A stretch of 27,375 bases of DNA from a virus (Duplodnaviria; Caudoviricetes). Positions within the stretch are counted from its first letter, which is position 1; each line of letters begins with the position of its first letter. A program made the position numbers and the translations under genes. Shown here piece after piece: positions 1 to 6,623 of the stretch. The stretch covers positions 1-27,375 of IMG/VR virus record IMGVR_UViG_3300044252_000039; one strand, written 5' to 3'. The notes below the pieces were generated by a model that was given only the letters and a program-made list of their open reading frames with translations, ran no database searches and was not told the origin of the DNA.

Positions 1-1
1 T

Positions 2-691
2 GAAGGGTCGCGGATATATGATTTCAAATGGGGCTATCCAACTGCCCGACCTGTCGTACTGCGCTTCACCTTTCGAGGCCCTGCCGGAACTTACTCCGCA
101 GGGCTGACTAACGCCGCAGGTGCGCGGTCCTATCTCGTCAACTTTACCATCAGCGCGGGACAAGCCGACACCCCCACGACGCAGACCTTTGCCATCCCCG
201 GCGACACTACGGGCACTTGGCCGACTGACAACACTCTTGGGCTGTGGCTCAATTTTTGCTTCGCAGTCGGCACAAATTACCGAGGCGTAGCTGGCTGGCA
301 GGCCGGAGGTAAGTTAGGCACCGCTTCCAACACCAACACTTTTGCCAACGGTTCAGCTTACATCTACATCACCAATGTCGGCCTCTACCTCGATCCCCAA
401 GCAACAGGATTGGCCCCTCCGTGGGATTTGCCCGACGAGGCCGAGGAGTTGCGGGCCTGCCAGCGGTACTACGAGAAGATACCGGTCACTGCGAATTCGG
501 TCGCAAGTTCGTACCCAGGTTATGGCTACAAAGCACAAAAACGGATCAGCACTCCTGCCATCACGGTGTTAATTGGATCACCGGGCAGCAATACGTTTGG
601 GACTCTTACCACTGATGGGTCATGGGGTTTGCGCCAGATTACTTCATCCACTGCCGTCGATTTGCTGCTGGCTTCCAACGCGAGGATGTGA
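2..691 (+). CDS. Tail fibre / receptor-binding protein paralogue 1 (5'-truncated by the window edge)
   Basis: Frame is open from position 2: EGSRIYDFKWGYPTARPVVLRF...IPGDTTGTWP...VGLYLDPQATG...EELRACQRYYEK...SNARM*. It aligns by eye with the ORFs at 990, 2144 and 3286. The ORF track reports only its last 93 aa (410..691). Confidence 0.8.
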   Translation, partial: EGSRIYDFKWGYPTARPVVLRFTFRGPAGTYSAGLTNAAGARSYLVNFTISAGQADTPTTQTFAIPGDTTGTWPTDNTLGLWLNFCFAVGTNYRGVAGWQAGGKLGTASNTNTFANGSAYIYITNVGLYLDPQATGLAPPWDLPDEAEELRACQRYYEKIPVTANSVASSYPGYGYKAQKRISTPAITVLIGSPGSNTFGTLTTDGSWGLRQITSSTAVDLLLASNARM

Positions 692-693
692 TG
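679..693 (+). repeat. Conserved gene-junction motif (ag)cgcgaggMtgTGATG, copy 1 of 4 (others at 2130-2146, 3272-3288, 4399-4415)
   Basis: Read directly: cgcgaggatgtgatg (679-693), agcgcgaggatgtgatg (2130-2146 and 4399-4415), agcgcgaggctgtgatg (3272-3288). Encodes the terminal A-R-M/L-stop, a GAGG Shine-Dalgarno and the overlapping ATG of the next gene. Confidence 0.9.
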
Positions 694-990
694 GCTTTCA
701 ACTTCCCAAACTCGCCAACCGAAGGCCAGGAGTTCATCGCTCCCAACGGCTTCGTCTACAAGTACATCGCGCCGGTCTGGACGCTGCTCGGCACGGGCGG
801 CTCGCAGGGTGCGACAGGCCCGCAGGGGCCAGCTGGCCCGACCGGCGCAAACCTGCTTATCGCCGACACCGCTCCAACCGGGCAAGCCGCCGGGACGATG
901 TGGTGGAGCTCACTGACCGGAAATCTCTACGTCTACTACAACGACGGCACGTCGTCGCAGTGGGTGCAGATCAACACGGTGGGCAGCTGA
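691..990 (+). CDS. 99-aa mini tail-fibre-like protein with a short collagen (Gly-X-Y)6 segment
   Basis: ATG overlaps the upstream TGA (TGATG) behind GAGG. N-terminus MAFNFPNSPTEGQ matches the neighbouring fibres. GSQGATGPQGPAGPTGAN at 799-852, then an aromatic-rich C-terminal segment (MWWSSLTGNLYVYYNDGTSSQWV). Confidence 0.8.
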   Translation: MAFNFPNSPTEGQEFIAPNGFVYKYIAPVWTLLGTGGSQGATGPQGPAGPTGANLLIADTAPTGQAAGTMWWSSLTGNLYVYYNDGTSSQWVQINTVGS

Positions 991-2144
991 TGGCCATCGA
1001 CTTCCCGGTGACGCCGAGCGACGGCTACGTGAAGTGGTGGGGCGACGGCGTGCGGCACTGGGTTTACCGGGCCTCCGACAACACCTGGACCCGGCGCGGC
1101 GGCACGGCGATGGCCAAGAACCGCTTCACCAACCCGGCGTTCCAGATCAACGAACAGACTGGCCTGGCCAACGCCTGGAACGTACAGGGGCTGACCCTGG
1201 CCGAGCAACTCTGGGCTTACTACAACTTCACGGGTGGCGGGCAATACAGGGGGGAGCGTCTCGCCCTGGCGACGCCCGGTGGATCCAATTATCGGCTGCG
1301 CCTCTCCTGCACGGCGACGACGCCGTCGGTCACGTCGGCGAACTGGCTGGCCTTCAGTGCCCCGATTGAGGCGTCGAAGATGGTGGATTTCGAGTGGGGT
1401 GACGCAGCCAACCTCAAGCCGAAATGGGCCGTCGTCCGCTTTGGCTGGAAGTCTCCCGCCGGCACCTACTGCTTCGGCTTCAGGAACGCCGGTCAGACCG
1501 AATGCTACGCCTACGAGTTCACCATCACTCCGACGCAGGCCAATACCGACACGTTGCAGGTGGCGATCATTCCACCGAACTACTGGGAGACCTGGCCGGT
1601 CGGCAATGCTTACTGGGGGTCGTGCTACTGGTCGCTGATCAACGGCAGCATGCTGGGGGAAAGCTACGAATGGTACGACGGCGGTGCTGTCGCGTCGGTC
1701 GGTATGACCAACACCTTCATGTCGACGATCGGCAACACGGCGGAGTTGTTCGACATAGGCTTTTATCTCGACCCGAACATCACTGGCATACCGCCGGAGT
1801 TCGAGGTGCCGCACATCGAAGACGCGCTGATGGAGTGCCAGCGCTACTGGTACAAGATGACCGCATCCAGAGGCACGACGTACACCGCCACGATCGGCTT
1901 CACGCAGGGCGTCCACCCGGTGCCGATGCGCGTGAACCCCGGCACTTCCCTGGTCGGGACGCAGCGCCTGCACGACGCCACGGCGCTCGGCAACTGGGCG
2001 TCGATCAACCACAACAACTGCAACCGGACCAACATCTACATGGGCTTCAACACGTCTGTCGGTGGGTACACGCCGGGGCGTCCGTTCCAGCAGCTGTCGG
2101 ATGGCCAGACTGACAATTACGTCGCCATGAGCGCGAGGATGTGA
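990..2144 (+). CDS. Tail fibre / receptor-binding protein paralogue 2 (384 aa)
   Basis: TGATG-coupled start MAIDFPVTP; beta-rich, carbohydrate-binding-like central region; GFYLDP...ECQRYWYK motif; ends SARM. Confidence 0.8.
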   Translation: MAIDFPVTPSDGYVKWWGDGVRHWVYRASDNTWTRRGGTAMAKNRFTNPAFQINEQTGLANAWNVQGLTLAEQLWAYYNFTGGGQYRGERLALATPGGSNYRLRLSCTATTPSVTSANWLAFSAPIEASKMVDFEWGDAANLKPKWAVVRFGWKSPAGTYCFGFRNAGQTECYAYEFTITPTQANTDTLQVAIIPPNYWETWPVGNAYWGSCYWSLINGSMLGESYEWYDGGAVASVGMTNTFMSTIGNTAELFDIGFYLDPNITGIPPEFEVPHIEDALMECQRYWYKMTASRGTTYTATIGFTQGVHPVPMRVNPGTSLVGTQRLHDATALGNWASINHNNCNRTNIYMGFNTSVGGYTPGRPFQQLSDGQTDNYVAMSARM

Positions 2145-3286
2145 TGGCGATTGATTTCCCGACATCGCCCACGGCAGAACAGGTACACAACGTCTCACCC
2201 GGCGTGTCATTCGTCTTTCGCGGCGGTGTCTGGGTGCCAGCGCCGATGAAAACGGCTCTGCCGAAAAATTACATCGTCAACCCATCGATGCAAATCACCC
2301 AGCAGAACGGGACTAACCCATCCGGCAACGTGGCGAGCGGGGGTTATTACGCTGCCGATGAGTGGCTGCATCGGTGGGGCGTGTCTGGGTCTGCGCTCCA
2401 GTCGATATGGTTAAATGTAATTGGCGGTTACGGCTACAACACGGTCTACCTGCGGGCCAACACCGCCAAGGCATCCCTGGGTGCTGCCGAGTACGTCCTG
2501 CTCACCCATGGCATCGAAGGCAATCGGGTCGCCGATTTGCAGTGGGGAACACCGCAGGCCAAGCAGTTGGTGCTGCGCTTCAGCAACGTCATCAGCGTGG
2601 AAGTGCCGAAAGGAACCTACTGCTTCAGAATATCCAACAGCGATGAAAGCCGCAGCTACATCGGCTCATACACGATCGCGGCTGACAATGACTGGCGGGA
2701 GTACACCGCCGTTATCCCCGGAGACACGTCAGGCACCTGGGTCATGGGCAACGGCTGCGGGCTGCGGCTCGAATTTACCATCGCCATAGGGACGAACTTC
2801 CACGGTGTGCCGGGCTGGCAGAACGGCAACTTCTACGCCCTTCCGGGGCAGGCCAACGGTGTCGCCGTGCCTCCAGGGGACTTCCACATCGGTCAGGTCG
2901 GGCTTTATGCCGACCCCTATAAGACGGGTGTCGCGCCGCGCTTCGTGCTGCCGGACTACGCGCAGGAGCTACGCCGCTGCCAGCGCTACTGGTACAAGCT
3001 GTTCAGCCTGCGCGGCGGCGCGACAACCTCCGCAAGCTACATCAGCGAAACGGGTGGTTCGAAGCACCCGGCACCGATGCGGGTCAGTCCGGCGCTGTCG
3101 CTCATCGGCACGGTGTCGACATGGGATGGCGGCGGCGGCGGGCAGATGACATCGATCGGCAGCACCGGCAACGAACTCGTCGCGGGCGGGAATGTCTACA
3201 CGACAGCCGGGCATATAGCGGGACGCCATGGGGTTCAGTATTACTCGACTGAAAACGACTACATCGCTGTCAGCGCGAGGCTGTGA
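2144..3286 (+). CDS. Tail fibre / receptor-binding protein paralogue 3 (380 aa)
   Basis: TGATG-coupled start MAIDFPTSP; motifs NYIVNPSMQITQ, IEGNRVADLQWG, VLRF, VGLYADP, ELRRCQRYWYK; ends SARL. Confidence 0.8.
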   Translation: MAIDFPTSPTAEQVHNVSPGVSFVFRGGVWVPAPMKTALPKNYIVNPSMQITQQNGTNPSGNVASGGYYAADEWLHRWGVSGSALQSIWLNVIGGYGYNTVYLRANTAKASLGAAEYVLLTHGIEGNRVADLQWGTPQAKQLVLRFSNVISVEVPKGTYCFRISNSDESRSYIGSYTIAADNDWREYTAVIPGDTSGTWVMGNGCGLRLEFTIAIGTNFHGVPGWQNGNFYALPGQANGVAVPPGDFHIGQVGLYADPYKTGVAPRFVLPDYAQELRRCQRYWYKLFSLRGGATTSASYISETGGSKHPAPMRVSPALSLIGTVSTWDGGGGGQMTSIGSTGNELVAGGNVYTTAGHIAGRHGVQYYSTENDYIAVSARL

Positions 3287-4413
3287 TGATCAATTTCCCA
3301 TCCTCTCCGGTCGAAGGCCAGAAATTCACCCAGGGGCTTATCGTCTACACCTTCACCAGCGGTGCCTGGCAGGCCGCGCCGCTCGGCACCGCGCTGCCGT
3401 TCAACTACGTCGTCAACGGCTCGGCGCAGATGAGCCAGCAGTTGGGGCGCTCGCCGCAATCCTTGACCAGTTATATCGCCGATCAATGGGTGATGAGTTT
3501 TAGCGTACCCGGCACGTCGACTGCTTCCGAGACGAATGGCTATCCGTATTACCTGCGGGCGTGGTGCGGCACGGCGACCCCAACCCTTGGCACCACCGAT
3601 CTCGTCTACCTGATGCAGCTAATAGAGGGCAATCGTGTCGCTGCTTTTCAGTGGGGAACGGCGAGCGCCAAGCCCGCCGTGCTGCGCTTCAAGGCGCGGC
3701 TGACGGTGGGGCCGGTGCCGCACATTTTCGGCGTGGCCGTCAGACCTCCGAATGCCAGCCATTCTTTCGTGCGCAATTTCAGCATCACCACTGTGGGGGT
3801 GTTTCAGGAGTTCACGATGGCGGTGCCTGGTCCAACTGTCGGGACGTGGCCTGTCGACGCCACCTTGGGGAACACGCTGGCTTTTACACCGACGACGGGT
3901 ACGGCTTACATCACGCCGACACAGAATGCCTGGGTGGTGGGAAATTTCCTTGCCACGACCGGCATCAACAATTTCAGCGCGGTAGCTGGCCGTGGCTTAG
4001 ATATCGCCGATGTAGGACTGTATCTCGACCCGCTCAACACCGGACGAGCGCCGCCATTCGAGGCCGTCAGCGAGCTACAGGCGCACATGGACAGCCTGCG
4101 CTACTGGCGCAAAATCCATGGTGTGCGCGGTATCTCCAACTCAACCTATAACGACCGCAGCAGCGATCAGAACATTGTGTCGATGCGGGCCGGACCGGCG
4201 TTCGCTGTCGTAGGCTCGCCGACGACGTGGGACGCTGCGGTGCAGCCCGTGATCACCAGCATCGCTGCGGCATACCCGAATATTCACTGCGTGGAATTCA
4301 CGCCAAACAACGCTTCCGCGATGGGTGCGGCAGGTCGCTCCGCGATCATGCCGATCCACATCACAGACAGCTACGATCTCAGCAACTACCTAACAGCAAG
4401 CGCGAGGATGTGA
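3286..4413 (+). CDS. Tail fibre / receptor-binding protein paralogue 4 (375 aa)
   Basis: TGATG-coupled start MINFPSSPVEGQ; motifs NYVVNGSAQMSQ, IEGNRVAAFQWG, VLRF, VGLYLDP, SLRYWRK; ends SARM. Confidence 0.8.
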   Translation: MINFPSSPVEGQKFTQGLIVYTFTSGAWQAAPLGTALPFNYVVNGSAQMSQQLGRSPQSLTSYIADQWVMSFSVPGTSTASETNGYPYYLRAWCGTATPTLGTTDLVYLMQLIEGNRVAAFQWGTASAKPAVLRFKARLTVGPVPHIFGVAVRPPNASHSFVRNFSITTVGVFQEFTMAVPGPTVGTWPVDATLGNTLAFTPTTGTAYITPTQNAWVVGNFLATTGINNFSAVAGRGLDIADVGLYLDPLNTGRAPPFEAVSELQAHMDSLRYWRKIHGVRGISNSTYNDRSSDQNIVSMRAGPAFAVVGSPTTWDAAVQPVITSIAAAYPNIHCVEFTPNNASAMGAAGRSAIMPIHITDSYDLSNYLTASARM

Positions 4414-4664
4414 TGCCATACGTAGCAGCAATGTACGGACCGCCGCCGCCGCCAGAGATGGTGGCGCTATTGCCGGTCGGCGGGGCGGCGCAGGTGCAGG
4501 CGCTCGACGACCAGGGCCAGGTGTGGTCGCTGACCGAGGACAGCCAGGTGGGCGACTGGCTCCGCTATGTGCAGGAAGGTGGGACGATCGACCCATACGA
4601 CGAGGTCGTCTTCACCGGCTGGAACGAAGCCAGGATGAGGAACACGAAAGATGCCCCCAAGTAG
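4413..4664 (+). CDS. 83-aa putative tail-fibre assembly chaperone
   Basis: TGATG-coupled start MPYVAAMY behind the same GAGG junction. Small acidic protein with DWLRYVQEGGTIDPY, resembling small proteins that follow phage fibre genes. Function inferred from position. Confidence 0.55.
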   Translation: MPYVAAMYGPPPPPEMVALLPVGGAAQVQALDDQGQVWSLTEDSQVGDWLRYVQEGGTIDPYDEVVFTGWNEARMRNTKDAPK

Positions 4665-4731
4665 CGCCCTCGGCTATGTCGCGCTGGTGCTGGCGATCGT
4701 GGTCATCGCCTACGTGATATGGTGGACCTAG
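4651..4731 (+). CDS. 26-aa single-pass membrane peptide (below the ORF-track cutoff)
   Basis: ATG at 4651, GAGG at 4637-4640, translation MPPSSALGYVALVLAIVVIAYVIWWT*. Fills the gap up to the GTG at 4735. Confidence 0.55.
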   Translation: MPPSSALGYVALVLAIVVIAYVIWWT

Positions 4732-4734
4732 GAT

Positions 4735-5223
4735 GTGGCCGAGCCACCGCCCGATGGACGTGTCGCGGGGTGGATCACAGCTGCCAAGGGCTTGACCATC
4801 AGTAACGTGCTGGTCCTGGCGGCGCTCGCCGCCGTCGCGATTCCGGTGTACGTCGTCTACAAGGCGCTCGGCGATGACAAACTGTTGGACCGTCTGATGT
4901 CGACCTATGAGGAGCTCGACGGCGGCACGACAGGCTGCGCCGTGAGACATTTGCAGGAACGTGGAGGCCCGGAGCTATGGGGCGTATCGTCGGGATTTGC
5001 GTTTCAGGGGAGCGACCGGTGGTTCGTCAATGTCGTACTCCAGCGCCCGCCAACGGCGGAAGAAATTGGCGTCTACTGTGATGCTCTTAAGCTTATTGCA
5101 GACAGAATGCTTGAGCGCGGCTCCAAAATTTACAGCGGATCAGTGTCGGGTGCTGAAGCAGACGGGAGTGGACACGACGGGCCTCTGCCCGCCGGCCCCG
5201 AAGAAGAAACGACCGAAGAGTGA
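4735..5223 (+). CDS. Single-pass membrane protein with an exported Cys-containing domain; possible i-spanin (Rz-like)
   Basis: N-terminal hydrophobic helix (VLVLAALAAVAIPVYVVY), two Cys in the C-terminal domain, position in the lysis region and a second ORF overlapping its 3' end. Confidence 0.5.
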   Translation: MAEPPPDGRVAGWITAAKGLTISNVLVLAALAAVAIPVYVVYKALGDDKLLDRLMSTYEELDGGTTGCAVRHLQERGGPELWGVSSGFAFQGSDRWFVNVVLQRPPTAEEIGVYCDALKLIADRMLERGSKIYSGSVSGAEADGSGHDGPLPAGPEEETTEE

Positions 5224-5230
5224 CAAGTGA
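5030..5230 (+). CDS. 66-aa exported protein overlapping the previous gene in the +1 frame; paralogue of the downstream lipoprotein (Rz1-like arrangement)
   Basis: MSYSSARQRRKKLASTVMLLSLLQTECLSAAPKFTADQCRVLKQTGVDTTGLCPPAP... has a signal-peptide-like N-terminus. FTADQCRVLK..GVDT..LC matches FSSEQCRVLR..HVNT..LC of 5227..5631. Its TGA overlaps the next GTG (GTGA). Start codon uncertain. Confidence 0.65.
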   Translation: MSYSSARQRRKKLASTVMLLSLLQTECLSAAPKFTADQCRVLKQTGVDTTGLCPPAPKKKRPKSDK

Positions 5231-5631
5231 GATGGCTCCTGCTGTTGTTGATCGTCCTGGCCGGCTGCGTCTCGCCGTCGACCGAGTTTTCAAGCGAGCA
5301 GTGCCGGGTGCTGCGGGAGCGGCACGTCAACACGCACCGGCTCTGCTACCGCAAGCTGACCGACGCGGCGGTGTCTGCGGCGACGCCCGCGCCGTCAGCG
5401 CCGAGTGAACCTGGGGGAGGTGGAAATGGACCGACGCCGCCAACCCCTGTTGATCCGCCTGATCCGCCGCGCCCACCGGACCCACCCGATCCGCCGGACC
5501 CACCCGACCCACCCGACCCACCCGACCCACCCGAGCCACCAGACCGTGGAGATGGTATAGATAAACCCGGCCCGCCGGATTGCCCGACCTGCGATAAGCC
5601 CGGCCCGCCCGACGAAGGAACGCAGAGATGA
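5227..5631 (+). CDS. Proline-rich lipoprotein; possible o-spanin
   Basis: MRWLLLLLIVLAGC is a canonical lipobox. A Cys pair follows, then an (xPP)10 tract and DKPGPPD-CPTC-DKPGPPD. Located in the lysis region. Confidence 0.7.
   Translation: MRWLLLLLIVLAGCVSPSTEFSSEQCRVLRERHVNTHRLCYRKLTDAAVSAATPAPSAPSEPGGGGNGPTPPTPVDPPDPPRPPDPPDPPDPPDPPDPPDPPEPPDRGDGIDKPGPPDCPTCDKPGPPDEGTQR
5452..5544 (+). repeat. 9-bp tandem repeat encoding (D/R/E)PP x10
   Basis: Four perfect gacccaccc copies at 5497-5532 inside ten degenerate 9-nt units. Confidence 0.9.
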
Positions 5632-5771
5632 ACACGGAGCCACGAGGTTTTGAGCCGCTGCCGATACCGGGGGTCAGCCGCGAGTTCCTGCGTGGGGTGT
5701 TTGTCGGAGCGCTGATTATGATCCCGGTATGGACCGGCCTGTTCCTCTTGTTTGAATGGGTGGTGACATGA
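5628..5771 (+). CDS. 47-aa single-pass membrane protein (holin/antiholin candidate; below the ORF-track cutoff)
   Basis: MNTEPRGFEPLPIPGVSREFLRGVFVGALIMIPVWTGLFLLFEWVVT*. ATGA overlaps at both ends (upstream lipoprotein stop and downstream endolysin start). Confidence 0.7.
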   Translation: MNTEPRGFEPLPIPGVSREFLRGVFVGALIMIPVWTGLFLLFEWVVT

Positions 5772-6349
5772 GATTCGATCGCGACATTTACTTCGCCGCA
5801 GTCCGTGGCTCGCTGTTCGGCGGCGCTCTCAGCCAGGTCCAGGTGGATGGGCAAAACCTCATCCTGGCGCTGTGGGAGTACGGTGCCGGCGGCACGCCGA
5901 TGACCGACCTGCGTTGGTTATCGTACATGCTCAGTACGACATATCATGAGACCAACCAGGTCATGTGGCCGAACGTCGAGATGGGCAGTGAATCGTACCT
6001 CCAGAGCAAGCCGTACTACCCCTTTTACGGAAGGGGATTTGTTCACCTCAGCTGGGAGGACAACTACCGCTATGCCTCCACCGCACTATCACTCGTTGAT
6101 GAACGTGATCTGGTGGCACACCCAGAGATGGCCCGCGACAGTCTTATCGCAGGACGGATCATGTTCCGGGGGATGGCGGAGGGATGGTTCACCACCCGCA
6201 AGCTCGGCGACTATTTTAGCGAAGACACCGACGACCCCATAAATGCCCGGCAGATCATCAACGGAAATGATAAGGATGAATTGATAGCAGGGTATCACGA
6301 CACGTTTCTGGACGCCTTGGCCGAGGCCAGCAAGAGAGGCTTCGCATAA
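5768..6349 (+). CDS. Endolysin, glycoside hydrolase family 19-like (lysozyme fold), 193 aa
   Basis: Motifs SYMLSTTYHET, FYGRGFVHLSW..NY, GMAEGWFT and ARQIING, typical of phage GH19-like endolysins. Start placed at the ATGA overlap at 5768. Confidence 0.85.
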   Translation: MRFDRDIYFAAVRGSLFGGALSQVQVDGQNLILALWEYGAGGTPMTDLRWLSYMLSTTYHETNQVMWPNVEMGSESYLQSKPYYPFYGRGFVHLSWEDNYRYASTALSLVDERDLVAHPEMARDSLIAGRIMFRGMAEGWFTTRKLGDYFSEDTDDPINARQIINGNDKDELIAGYHDTFLDALAEASKRGFA

Positions 6350-6567
6350 TGATTACCGCGCTCGTAACGCTCATCATCTACCTCATCATTCTCGGTCTGC
6401 TCTACTGGCTGGTTCTGGCCGTCCTCGACGCCGTCCCCCTGCCCGACCCGTTCGCCAAAATCGTCCGCATCGCCCTGCTGGCAATCATGGTGCTGGTGGT
6501 GATAATGCTGCTGTTGAACCTGATCGGTGTCAGCACCGGTCTTGAGTTGCCCAGGCTGAACGCATGA
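6349..6567 (+). CDS. 72-aa two-TM membrane protein; holin candidate
   Basis: Two long hydrophobic helices separated by VPLPDPF; TAATG-coupled to the endolysin. Confidence 0.65.
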   Translation: MITALVTLIIYLIILGLLYWLVLAVLDAVPLPDPFAKIVRIALLAIMVLVVIMLLLNLIGVSTGLELPRLNA

Positions 6568-6623
6568 TCACCTACGCTGAAGTCAAAGCCAGTCCGTCAG
6601 GCTGGCCAGAGGAGGACACCCGC

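Noticed and set aside
573-989. ORF-track N-terminal extensions (573..2144, 622..990, 4227..4664, 6564..7040, 14712..15185, 16302..17069, 25709..26065)
   Set aside because: The extensions overlap other real genes or ignore a clear SD/overlap start; starts were reset to 990, 691, 4413, 6624, 15036, 16599 and 25784.
2-4413. Diversity-generating retroelement acting on the variable fibre tips
   Set aside because: No reverse transcriptase and no template/variable repeat pair differing only at adenines in the window; the tips differ by indels and at all bases. A DGR outside the window cannot be excluded.
679-4415. Invertible shufflon of tail-fibre ends
   Set aside because: The junction repeats are all direct, every cassette is a complete gene on the same strand, and no invertase is present.
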